A program made the position numbers and the translations under genes. Under the pieces are notes generated by a model. The model was given only the letters and a program-made list of their open reading frames with translations, had not been told where the DNA came from and did not search any database. Positions 1-7,906 of a DNA stretch of 64,000 bases are shown piece by piece. Source of the stretch: Candidatus Bipolaricaulota bacterium (GTDB lineage Bacteria > Bipolaricaulota > Bipolaricaulia > UBA7950 > UBA9294); contig JAGLXM010000075.1 in NCBI GenBank assembly GCA_023132915.1, forward strand, positions 1,165-65,164, given 5' to 3'. The number at the start of each line of letters is the position of its first letter. The first letter of the stretch is position 1.

Positions 1-1
1 G

Positions 2-187
2 CAAATCAGGGACCGGGGGATAGAGGCGTTGGCTAAAGCCCTGGGACCCGTGGGTATGGTTCGTTTTCTTCAGCAATTCGATACCGGAAGCGGTGACTAC
101 ACACATGATCGAGAGCAATGGCTGAAAGAAATTAGCGTCCGAGACGCAGTGGGAGAAATCAAGAGGCAACGCGGAAAATCGAGTTAG
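2..187 (+). CDS. 3' end of a small TA-associated protein, cut by the window edge; paralog of ORF 41237..41452
   Basis: Frame open from the window edge to TAG 185-187. Translation ..ALGPVGMVRFLQQFDTGSGDYTHDREQW.. aligns with ..HLGPAKATRFWIALGGGAGDYLQIKETL.. of 41237..41452. Confidence 0.45.
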   Translation, partial: QIRDRGIEALAKALGPVGMVRFLQQFDTGSGDYTHDREQWLKEISVRDAVGEIKRQRGKSS

Positions 188-239
188 CTAACCGTCCTAC
201 AAGGTAGCCTAACGTTCATTCCTCAGGTTCTTTACGGAG

Positions 240-660
240 CGTACTCTACCCACTACCGAGGTGTTCCATGACCCATGACCCATCACTCACCGCCCTTGGA
301 CTGTCGACTATTGACTCAAGACTCCCGACTGTCTTGATCACCGGTGACTATCAGGAGTATTATGATAAGGTATATGGCAGGGAGTGAATGAGCTTGATTA
401 GAGCGGTAGGGCAGTTAGGCACTGGCCGCTAGCGGCAAGGTAGCAATCAGTCGTCAACACTTAGCCTATTGCTTAAAGCTGATAGCTAAAAGCTTTAACC
501 CAATGAACCCCTGCCCCGTGCAATGACGGAAAATAGATTATTTCACGGGGCTACGAACTCCATGAACCCAACAAGCCACGAACTACGCACTGCAAACTAC
601 CAACCACAAACTGAGAACCAGGAACTCCGGACCCTGGGCATCGGACTGAATGGGTGCGTG
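240..660. repeat. Composite low-complexity intergenic region made of short 7-9 nt periodic word arrays
   Basis: 267-291 catgacc catgacc catcact cacc. 475-496 aaagctgatagctaaaagcttt. From 551, ctacgaac tccatgaac ccaacaagc cacgaac... These are reverse-complement relatives of the modules at 61378-61550 and 63501-63760. Confidence 0.6.
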
Positions 661-781
661 TAATGAGTGATTTGTGATGGCAACGAGCGAAAAACTGAGG
701 AATCACAAGGATTTGAAGACTGGAGGGGTAATTCTGTTCTCTGGCGTAGATATCGGTATTGCAGAGACCTGAAAAGAAAAC

Positions 782-1636
782 ATGTTGAGAAACATTAAGT
801 TCTTGAATGGATCTAACGCAGTTCCCCCGACTGTTATCCAGCCGTCTCGTGGGCTGCTCTCTCTGAAGCTAGGCGAGCTTTGGCGGTATCGCGAACTACT
901 TTATTTTCTCACCTGGCGGGATGTAAAGATTCGCTATAAGCAAGCCGTCCTTGGGTTTCTGTGGGCGTTCATCCAACCTTTCTTAAAGATGGTTGTCTTC
1001 AGCGTGGTTTTTGGAGGGTTGGCGAAGATGGACTCGGAAGGATTTCCCTATCCCATCTTTCTCTACGCTGGCCTTCTCCCTTGGCAGTTCTTCGCCGACG
1101 CAGTGAATCGGAGCGGACAGAGCATCGTCAGCGAAGCCAATCTGATCACCAAGGTCTATTTCCCCAGGATTATCATGCCGGTAGCCTCGGTGGGGGCGGC
1201 GCTTGTAGACTTCGGGATCTCGTTTGGGATATTGATCGCTATGATGTTTTATTTCCAGCTGAGTCCCAGCCTCTCGATTCTGATGGTGCTACCCCTCGTT
1301 TTGATAACAATTCTTGCCGTCCTTGGTGTGGGAATATTGGTGAGTGCCCTAAACACTGCTTATCGTGATTTCCGGTACGCTCTCCCATTCCTCGTCCAGA
1401 TCTGGATGTTCTTAACCCCGGTTATATACTCAGTTAAAATCATCCCGGAAAACTGGCGGTGGCTAATTTTACTGAACCCTATGGCTGGCATTGTCGACGC
1501 CTACCGGTCGGCAATTTTAGGAAAGCCGTTTGCATGGGGTAATCTTGGGATCTCATTGGGGATAGCCACGATCATGTTCCTGATCGGGCTGGCATATTTT
1601 CGCAAAACAGAGAGGTATTTTGCTGATGTTGTGTAG
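782..1636 (+). CDS. wzm: ABC-2 type polysaccharide/O-antigen export permease (Wzm/TagG/KpsM-like)
   Basis: 284 aa, multi-TM. N-terminal ..ELWRYRELLYFLTWRDVKIRYKQAVLGFLWAFIQP.. is the typical ABC-2 permease signature. Paired with wzt downstream. Confidence 0.9.
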   Translation: MLRNIKFLNGSNAVPPTVIQPSRGLLSLKLGELWRYRELLYFLTWRDVKIRYKQAVLGFLWAFIQPFLKMVVFSVVFGGLAKMDSEGFPYPIFLYAGLLPWQFFADAVNRSGQSIVSEANLITKVYFPRIIMPVASVGAALVDFGISFGILIAMMFYFQLSPSLSILMVLPLVLITILAVLGVGILVSALNTAYRDFRYALPFLVQIWMFLTPVIYSVKIIPENWRWLILLNPMAGIVDAYRSAILGKPFAWGNLGISLGIATIMFLIGLAYFRKTERYFADVV

Positions 1637-1646
1637 CGCAAAGGCG

Positions 1647-1669
1647 GACCGATGACCGAGGACAGGTGA
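1647..1669. repeat. Left arm of the inverted repeat bracketing the four-helix-bundle ORF
   Basis: GACCGATGACCGAGGACAGGTGA (heptamer-periodic GACCGAT/GACCGAG/GACAGGT) pairs at 19 of 23 positions with 2044-2066. Confidence 0.65.
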
Positions 1670-1679
1670 CCGAAAACAG

Positions 1680-2090
1680 ATGTCCACCACATACAAGTTC
1701 CAGGATCTGCGGGTGTACAAGTTAGCATTGGAGTATGTGGATACCGTGTACAAGTTGAGCGGGAGCCTGCCGCAGTCGGAGCACTTTAATCTCCGATCGC
1801 AACTGGAACGAGCAGCAACTTCTGTGGTGCTAAACATCGCAGAAGGGTCAACGGGGCAAAGTAATGCAGAACAGAACCGTTTTCTAGGGCTAGCACTGAG
1901 ATCTTACTTAGAAACGATAGCCTGTCTTGACATTATTGGACAGCGAGGCTACCTAGCGAGTAATGCAACTACAGAAGTAAGGAAACTGGGGCATGAGCTT
2001 TTCGTCAAGCTGCAGTCTTTCCGGCGGGCTTTGAAGGCTCCCCTCTCCGGTCCTCGGTCTTCAGTCTCCCATCAGGAGGTCGAATCATGA
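1680..2090 (+). CDS. Four-helix-bundle protein (23S rRNA intervening-sequence protein family, PF05635-like)
   Basis: 136 aa. FQDLRVYKLALEYV...LRSQLERAATSVVLNIAEGS...RFLGLALRSYLETIACLDI matches the family pattern. Its stop overlaps the ATG of the wzt remnant (ATGA). Confidence 0.85.
   Translation: MSTTYKFQDLRVYKLALEYVDTVYKLSGSLPQSEHFNLRSQLERAATSVVLNIAEGSTGQSNAEQNRFLGLALRSYLETIACLDIIGQRGYLASNATTEVRKLGHELFVKLQSFRRALKAPLSGPRSSVSHQEVES
2044..2066. repeat. Right arm of the inverted repeat bracketing the four-helix-bundle ORF (inside its 3' end)
   Basis: TCTCCGGTCCTCGGTCTTCAGTC is complementary to 1647-1669 (19/23). Confidence 0.65.
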
Positions 2091-2239
2091 CCGACACAGC
2101 TATCAGAGTCGAGAACCTCTCCAAACGCTACCGCATCGGCCAATACGTTGGCAGCGGTGCTTCCAATTGTCTCAGGCCTTGGGGGTTGTCGAGCGAGGAG
2201 CACAAGGTGATTGGTGATATGGTTGGGGAGGAAGAATAG
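2087..2239 (+). pseudogene. 5' remnant of a wzt allele (first ~25 codons), then unrelated sequence to a stop
   Basis: MTDTAIRVENLSKRYRIGQYVGSGA.. versus intact Wzt MSNNIAIRVENLSKRYRIGQYVGSGA.. The nucleotide match gagaacctc..aaacgctaccgcatcggccaatacg..ggcagcggtgc is near-identical to 3207-3256. Confidence 0.75.
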
Positions 2240-2241
2240 GA

Positions 2242-2604
2242 ATGGTTACCCGGATCAAGAAAGTCGATCGCTTAGTGATCCAAGAAATTGTGGATCGCAT
2301 AGTTGCTTCTGTTCACCCGGAGAAGATCATCCTTTTCGGCTCCTACGCCTATGGCCAGCCCCACAATGATAGCGACCTCGACATTCTTGTTATCGTGGAG
2401 TCATGTCTTCCCCGATACAAGCGAGCCGTGCCCATCTACAACTCCTTGGCTGGGTTGCTCATACCCAAGGACGTGGTTGTGTATACGCCGGAGGAGGTCG
2501 AGGCCTGGAGCAATGTCCCGCAAGCGTTCATTACAACCGTGATGAATAAAGGAAGGATTCTTTATGAAAAACAGCAAAGCCGACCTGGTTCGCGGATGGC
2601 TTGA
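2242..2604 (+). CDS. Nucleotidyltransferase-domain protein (MNT-type antitoxin)
   Basis: 120 aa. ..LFGSYAYGQPHNDSDLDILVIV.. is the GS-X-DxD minimal nucleotidyltransferase motif. Overlaps the HEPN partner. Confidence 0.85.
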   Translation: MVTRIKKVDRLVIQEIVDRIVASVHPEKIILFGSYAYGQPHNDSDLDILVIVESCLPRYKRAVPIYNSLAGLLIPKDVVVYTPEEVEAWSNVPQAFITTVMNKGRILYEKQQSRPGSRMA

Positions 2605-2974
2605 GAAAGCAAGAAGAGATCTTCTTACAGCGGAGAGAGGGCTAAACTCTGCGGAGCCGTTTACGGATATAGTATGCTTCCACGCCCAGCAAGCGACAGA
2701 GAAGCACTTAAAGGCCTACTTGCTTTGGCATGGAATCGAATTCCCCAGGACACACGCCCTTGAAGACCTCGTGCTTCTTGCGGCTGAGAAGGATGCTGAC
2801 TTCGCACTGCATAAAGACGAGGTGACAATGCTTACCCCTTACGCGGTGGAGACTCGTTACCCCGAGTTCGAAGAGCCTTTGCTGGAGGATGCAAGAGAGA
2901 TGGTTCGTATTGCAAGAGGAATCCGAGACTTTGTGTTGGTGAAGCTGCCCGAAACGCTTACAGGCACGGAATAA
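2564..2974 (+). CDS. HEPN-domain protein (toxin partner of MNT)
   Basis: 136 aa. ..CFHAQQATEKHLKAYL...PRTHALEDL.. is a HEPN R-x4-6-H-like motif. Overlaps the MNT gene by 41 nt. Confidence 0.85.
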   Translation: MKNSKADLVRGWLEKARRDLLTAERGLNSAEPFTDIVCFHAQQATEKHLKAYLLWHGIEFPRTHALEDLVLLAAEKDADFALHKDEVTMLTPYAVETRYPEFEEPLLEDAREMVRIARGIRDFVLVKLPETLTGTE

Positions 2975-3046
2975 TGACGTATGAGGTAGTATCATGCCAC
3001 CGCTTGTTGCAGCTAGAATTTTGTGGGAGATGGAAGGTGAATTCTG

Positions 3047-3125
3047 ATCCGCAATTCACATTTCGAAACTGCCGTTTTCCTCTTGCGATTCGAAATTCGC
3101 TTTTCGCAATTCGAAATTGGAGCTT
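3047..3125. repeat. Low-complexity repeat upstream of wzt (GCAATTCGAAAT-type words)
   Basis: ccgcaattcacatttcgaaa .. gcgattcgaaattcgc ttttcgcaattcgaaattgg, with repeated TTCGAA cores just 5' of the wzt start. Confidence 0.45.
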
Positions 3126-3179
3126 TTCAATCCTCAATGCATATCTCAACGAATATAACAAACGGAACAAATCAGACTA

Positions 3180-4535
3180 ATGAGTAACAATATTGCCATC
3201 CGTGTTGAGAACCTCAGCAAACGCTACCGCATCGGCCAATACGTCGGCAGCGGTGCGCAATACAAGACCCTGCGCGAGAGCCTGACCAATGCTGTCTCCG
3301 CGCCCCTGCATTGGCTACGCCAGACAGGAGACAGAAGACGGAAGACCGATCTCCCGTCGCCAGCCCCCCGTCTCCGGTCCTCTGTCGCCGGTCAGCCGTC
3401 TACCGACGGCTACATCTGGGCCCTCAAGGACGTTTCTTTCGAGGTGGGACACGGCGAGGTGGTGGGCATCATCGGTAGAAACGGTGCGGGGAAGAGTACG
3501 CTTCTAAAGGTGTTGACCCGTATCACGGAGCCCACCGAAGGGCGGGCGGAGCTAAGCGGCCGTGTGGGGAGTCTGCTGGAAGTAGGGACGGGATTTCACC
3601 CTGAACTCACCGGGCGAGAGAATGTATACTTGAGCGGTGCGATTCTTGGGATGGCACGAAAAGAGATTGATCGGAAGTTTGACGAGATTGTCGACTTCTC
3701 CGGAGTGGAGAAGTTCATTGATACGCCGGTCAAGCGCTATTCCAGCGGTATGCGCGTCAGGCTCGGGTTTGCGGTGGCTGCCCACCTGGAGCCGGAGATT
3801 CTATTGATAGATGAAGTTCTGGCGGTGGGAGACGTAGCGTTCCAGAAAAAATGTCTAGGGAAAATGGAAGATGTGGCCCGGGGTGGCAGAACTGTGCTTT
3901 TTGTGTCACATAATATGGGCATGATAACCATTCTCTGTGAAAAAGCGATATTACTAACGGAAGGGCGTATTGACTTTATGGGGCCAGCTCAACAGACCGT
4001 AAGCACGTATTTGGCTAACTTTAGCGCAGATGCTGGCCTGAAAAGGAGATGGAGTTTTGAAGAAGCCCCTGGCGAAGAGAATGTCAAAATAAGAAGCGTT
4101 GCGATAACTGATCATCTGGGTATTGAGAAACCGTATTTTTCGACCGCTGAACCGATATTCGTTACGATAGAGTATTGGGTTTTAGCTGATGACATTCCAG
4201 TCAACGTAGGATTCAGTTTGCTTGACAAAGAAGATAATTGGGTTTGTGCGGTCGGCAATTATGAGGAGACAAGATCAAAGCCAATTCGAAAGAGTGGATT
4301 ATACAGGTCGAAATGCACAATTCCTGGGAATTTGTTGAATAGTGGCAGGCATTCAATCACAGTGACGGCAGTAAGAAATCTTACAGATCTTCAGGTGAGA
4401 ATATCTCATTGTGTTGCCTTTGAAGCAGTGGACGATCGTCGAGTTCACCCGTACTCTGGTAGATGGGGAGGAATTATAAAACCCGAATTTGAGTGGCATA
4501 GCGAGAAGGTTGGCGATGTTGGAGGAGAGGAATAG
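3180..4535 (+). CDS. wzt: O-antigen/polysaccharide ABC exporter ATP-binding protein Wzt with C-terminal carbohydrate-binding-type extension
   Basis: 451 aa. Walker A GRNGAGKST, signature YSSGM, Walker B LLIDEVLAVGD, then ~180 aa of beta-rich C-terminal domain (..VKIRSVAITD..FVTIEYWV..NVGFSLLDKE..). Confidence 0.9.
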   Translation: MSNNIAIRVENLSKRYRIGQYVGSGAQYKTLRESLTNAVSAPLHWLRQTGDRRRKTDLPSPAPRLRSSVAGQPSTDGYIWALKDVSFEVGHGEVVGIIGRNGAGKSTLLKVLTRITEPTEGRAELSGRVGSLLEVGTGFHPELTGRENVYLSGAILGMARKEIDRKFDEIVDFSGVEKFIDTPVKRYSSGMRVRLGFAVAAHLEPEILLIDEVLAVGDVAFQKKCLGKMEDVARGGRTVLFVSHNMGMITILCEKAILLTEGRIDFMGPAQQTVSTYLANFSADAGLKRRWSFEEAPGEENVKIRSVAITDHLGIEKPYFSTAEPIFVTIEYWVLADDIPVNVGFSLLDKEDNWVCAVGNYEETRSKPIRKSGLYRSKCTIPGNLLNSGRHSITVTAVRNLTDLQVRISHCVAFEAVDDRRVHPYSGRWGGIIKPEFEWHSEKVGDVGGEE

Positions 4536-4566
4536 GTACTTTGAATCTCCATCCGGAAGGCGAGGA

Positions 4567-5781
4567 ATGAATACTAATAAACGTCTTTCTGTGCATCATA
4601 TCGGGGGAAGGTCTGGGAGTAGAGCGTTTCCCGTTTTAAGGAGGTTCGAAGAAGACATTATAAATGTGCTCTACGATGCCGATCCTGACTGTCTTGCGCA
4701 AATCCAGGAGAGAAATCAAAACCTCGGATCAGAACTTCATGTTCTGCCATATTGCTTGGGTGATGCCTGTAAACAAGCTCTGTTCAATATTAACTACGAC
4801 CCATATACCAGTTCACTCTATGACCCAAACCCTGACTACAATTCATTCTATAGCACTCAGAGGGACCATGACTACATTTTTTCAGAAGCCACTAGGGTCA
4901 TGGAGAAACGTCGCGTTGAGACTGTGAGCATAGACTACATTTTCCAATCAAAAAACGTTCCAATGCCGCCACCTGATTTTCTTTCGATCGATACGCAGGG
5001 ATCAGAATACGACATACTACTGGGAGCGAAAGAGACTCTAGAATCAAGTGTCGTAGCATTGGTTATCGAGGTTGAGTTTCATCCAATCTATAGAGGTCAA
5101 AGACTCTTTGGGGACTTGGTAAAACTACTGTCCGAGCAAGGATTTGACTTTGTAAGGTTTCTTCATACGGGCGAGTTGTCCCCATTCAGAGCCCCGATTG
5201 GCCTCCGTGGTGAAGGGTTTCACATATGGGCTGAGGCCCTTTTCTTCAGACGGATAGATAATATGGATAGAATTGGAGACGAACTTAGACGCTACGTCAT
5301 GTTGAGAAAACTAGCCTTCATAGCTATCATATTTAACCAATTTGAATATGGCTTGCAATGTTTGAGCCGATGCAGAGCCCTAGGGATTCAAGATTCAATT
5401 GTGGAGGAATTAGAGGATCTCTCCTATTGCAAGTTCTTGAGGGATCTTGAAACGAAAATGAAAGGGATGCCAGTAGTCTTCCCCGAGACATTTGCTTCAA
5501 AATACACATTTGAGGCAAGTAAAGCACGCTTTGAAAGGTGTTTTGCTCATACTAACACAGGAGTGATACGCAGTATCAAAGCAGTACTGAAGCCGATTCC
5601 CATCCTGTTTCCGTTACTAAAGGGGATTAAACAAGGATTCATCAAGGTAGCTACTGCTGTTAAGTCGATTTCGTTGAAGAGATATTCTGAGGTTGAGGCT
5701 CTTTTGATTAGTTACGGCTTAAAGAGTCAAGCGGAGACACTTCGGGAGAATAGGGTTGTTCAATCGCAATTCTGTGAATAG
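4567..5781 (+). CDS. FkbM-family methyltransferase
   Basis: ..HHIGGRSGS.. and ..PDFLSIDTQGSEYDILLGA..ALVIEVEF.. motifs. Paralog of 14571..15788. The track ORF begins at 4489, but ATG 4567 has an RBS-like ggaaggcgagg and matches the paralog's length. Confidence 0.8.
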   Translation: MNTNKRLSVHHIGGRSGSRAFPVLRRFEEDIINVLYDADPDCLAQIQERNQNLGSELHVLPYCLGDACKQALFNINYDPYTSSLYDPNPDYNSFYSTQRDHDYIFSEATRVMEKRRVETVSIDYIFQSKNVPMPPPDFLSIDTQGSEYDILLGAKETLESSVVALVIEVEFHPIYRGQRLFGDLVKLLSEQGFDFVRFLHTGELSPFRAPIGLRGEGFHIWAEALFFRRIDNMDRIGDELRRYVMLRKLAFIAIIFNQFEYGLQCLSRCRALGIQDSIVEELEDLSYCKFLRDLETKMKGMPVVFPETFASKYTFEASKARFERCFAHTNTGVIRSIKAVLKPIPILFPLLKGIKQGFIKVATAVKSISLKRYSEVEALLISYGLKSQAETLRENRVVQSQFCE

Positions 5782-5918
5782 TTGTCGTTTTTTGGCCCTT
5801 TTGCGCTCAGTCTGGAGCAGAATCGCCGGAAAAGCGTAAAGCGATCTCCAGCCATTTCCAGCCCAGATGAAACGATGCCGATAATGCTAGCTAGCTTCAA
5901 TCTCAAGGAGTTACGATA

Positions 5919-7109
5919 ATGTCCCACTCACAACAGTACCTTAAGCAAGTAGCTCAGATTGCACAAGCTATCGAGCATGAAACCGTGGAAAGAATCGCAG
6001 TAGGTCTGGGTCAGTTGCGCGACAGGGGCGGGCGGTTGTTCCTGTTGGGAGTAGGAGGGGGCGCTGCTAACTGCAGTCACGCCGTCAACGACTTTCGGAA
6101 ACTTACCGGTATTGAGGCCTATAGCCCTTGCGACAACGTCGCAGAGTTGACCGCTCGGACCAACGACGAAGGATGGTCTACGGTGTTCGAGGCCTGGCTG
6201 CGAACTAGTAAAGCGAACGAGAAGGACGCGGTGTTCGTGTTCTCTGTCGGGGGTGGCGACGCCGATCGCGATGTGAGCGTTAATATCGTTCGTGGTCTAG
6301 ACGAAGCAAAGCGTCGCGGCCTAACAATTTACGGAATTGTGGGCCGGGACGGAGGATATACCAAGCAAGTGGGTGACGAGGTGATTGTAGTGCCAATGGT
6401 GGATTCGGGTCACGTCACTCCACACACAGAGTCCTTCCAAGCAGTCATCTGGCACTGTATTGTCTGCCATCCCAGTCTTATGATCCAAGAGGGCAAGTGG
6501 GAGAGCTTGGCTACAACCAAGGTCTCAGCACCTCTGAGCCGGGCGGTGTTTCTGGATCGGGATGGCGTTATCAACCTCGCAGTGCTGCATAATGGCCGTC
6601 CCTACCCCCCATCTTCAGTCGATGAACTGGAGTTCCTGCCAGGAGTTTCTGAAGCGATCAATGCGTTGCATCAAGCTGGTTTTCGCATAATCGTAGCGAC
6701 GAACCAACCGGATGTTGCTACGGGAGTGCAGCGACGTGAAGTAGTGGAGGCTATACACGAACGCATCCGCCGTGCGTTCCCGATTGACGACATCAAAGTC
6801 TGTTATCACGTCGATCAGGACGGCTGCACATGCCGAAAGCCGAAGCCGGGAATGCTCTTGGAAGCGGCGGAAGAGTGGTCACTGAACCTCGAGCAATCAT
6901 TCATGGTAGGCGACCGCTGGCGTGACATAGAGGCCGGCCGAGCTGCGGGGTGTAGAACTATTCTGGTCAAGAGCAACTACGCTGAGCAACAGGCTGGAAA
7001 GCCTGACGCAATTGTTAGTTCATTGCTGGAGGCGAGTGCTTTTATTCTGACAAATAGCGTACAGGATACCCCAGCGGGAGGTAAACTATGCCAGATCTCA
7101 GAGATGTGA
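5919..7109 (+). CDS. Fusion of a SIS-domain phosphoheptose isomerase (GmhA-like) and D,D-heptose 1,7-bisphosphate phosphatase (GmhB-like)
   Basis: N-terminal half LFLLGVGGGAANCSHAVNDFRK (SIS). C-terminal half VFLDRDGVIN..VATNQPDVA..CYH..CTCRKPKPGM..MVGDRWRDIEAG (HAD/GmhB with Zn-site cysteines). Confidence 0.8.
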   Translation: MSHSQQYLKQVAQIAQAIEHETVERIAVGLGQLRDRGGRLFLLGVGGGAANCSHAVNDFRKLTGIEAYSPCDNVAELTARTNDEGWSTVFEAWLRTSKANEKDAVFVFSVGGGDADRDVSVNIVRGLDEAKRRGLTIYGIVGRDGGYTKQVGDEVIVVPMVDSGHVTPHTESFQAVIWHCIVCHPSLMIQEGKWESLATTKVSAPLSRAVFLDRDGVINLAVLHNGRPYPPSSVDELEFLPGVSEAINALHQAGFRIIVATNQPDVATGVQRREVVEAIHERIRRAFPIDDIKVCYHVDQDGCTCRKPKPGMLLEAAEEWSLNLEQSFMVGDRWRDIEAGRAAGCRTILVKSNYAEQQAGKPDAIVSSLLEASAFILTNSVQDTPAGGKLCQISEM

Positions 7110-7813
7110 AAGTAAAAATCTTCGCGGATGGAGCTGACCTGAGTGTTATCACGCGGATGTCTAAAGATCCGCTCATCAAAGGGTTCACCACGAATCCGAC
7201 ACTGATGCGCAAAGCAAATGTGCGCGACTACCGAAGGTTTGCTCTTGAAGTTCTCAACGTTGTTCCCGATCGCCCGGTCTCTTTGGAGGTTTTCTCCGAC
7301 GATTTCTCCGAGATGGAGCAGCAGGCGCTTGCGATCGCGTCGTGGGGCGAAAACGTGTATGTGAAGATTCCGGTTACCAATACTCACGGTGAGTTTTCCG
7401 GTCCGCTGATCAAGCGGCTTTCGGCTGCTGGTGTGCAAGTCAATGTGACTGCACTGTTGACGACCGAGCAGGTTGCGAAGGTAGCAAATTGCTTGTCCGA
7501 CGACACAAAAGCCTTCGTCTCGGTTTTCGCAGGCCGTATTGCCGATACCGGCCGCGATCCGATCCCGATCATGGCGCAGGCTGTTAAGTTGTTGAGTTCG
7601 CATCCAAAGGCCAAGCTGATTTGGGCCAGCCCACGTGAGCTGCTGAACATTTTTCAGGCAGATTCTACTGGCTGCCACATTATCACTGCTACAAGTGATG
7701 TGTTGGCTAAGCTTCACCTGATTGGTAAAGACCTCGATACCTTCTCGCTCGAAACCGTTCAGATGTTTCGGCGGGATGCGCTTGAGGCTGGGTATGCTAT
7801 TGAGATCTCTTAA
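7088..7813 (+). CDS. Transaldolase/fructose-6-phosphate aldolase family protein
   Basis: 241 aa. VKIFADGADL...GFTTNPTLM...VKIPVT.. is a class 3B transaldolase pattern. Confidence 0.8.
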   Translation: MPDLRDVKVKIFADGADLSVITRMSKDPLIKGFTTNPTLMRKANVRDYRRFALEVLNVVPDRPVSLEVFSDDFSEMEQQALAIASWGENVYVKIPVTNTHGEFSGPLIKRLSAAGVQVNVTALLTTEQVAKVANCLSDDTKAFVSVFAGRIADTGRDPIPIMAQAVKLLSSHPKAKLIWASPRELLNIFQADSTGCHIITATSDVLAKLHLIGKDLDTFSLETVQMFRRDALEAGYAIEIS

Positions 7814-7906
7814 CCGAGGATGTTGTCCTGAAAGCATGATTGCCGAGGCCGACTGCGCAAATAGGTTTCGAACATCCCACTCGCGATTAAAGAAAGGGGG
7901 AGAACT

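Noticed and set aside
1680-2090. The four-helix-bundle genes as Avd components of a diversity-generating retroelement.
   Set aside because: The Avd proteins of DGRs share this fold and family. However, no reverse transcriptase, template/variable repeat pair or target gene with a C-terminal variable region is present anywhere in the window.
1680-2090. A true 23S rRNA intervening sequence, or a nearby rRNA operon.
   Set aside because: The flanks are clearly protein-coding (wzm, wzt, gmd, fcl). No rRNA-like sequence was recognised in the window.
6977-7837. 286-aa minus-strand ORF, and similar long antisense ORFs at 20908-21453, 31373-31927, 42097-42642, 46026-46565, 48375-48935 and 57976-58527.
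   Set aside because: Each lies fully antisense to a plus-strand gene with clear family motifs (transaldolase, pseI, fcl, CapK-like, DegT and so on). Their translations are low-complexity and Arg/Ser/Pro-rich with no recognisable domains, so they are shadow ORFs of moderately GC-rich coding DNA.
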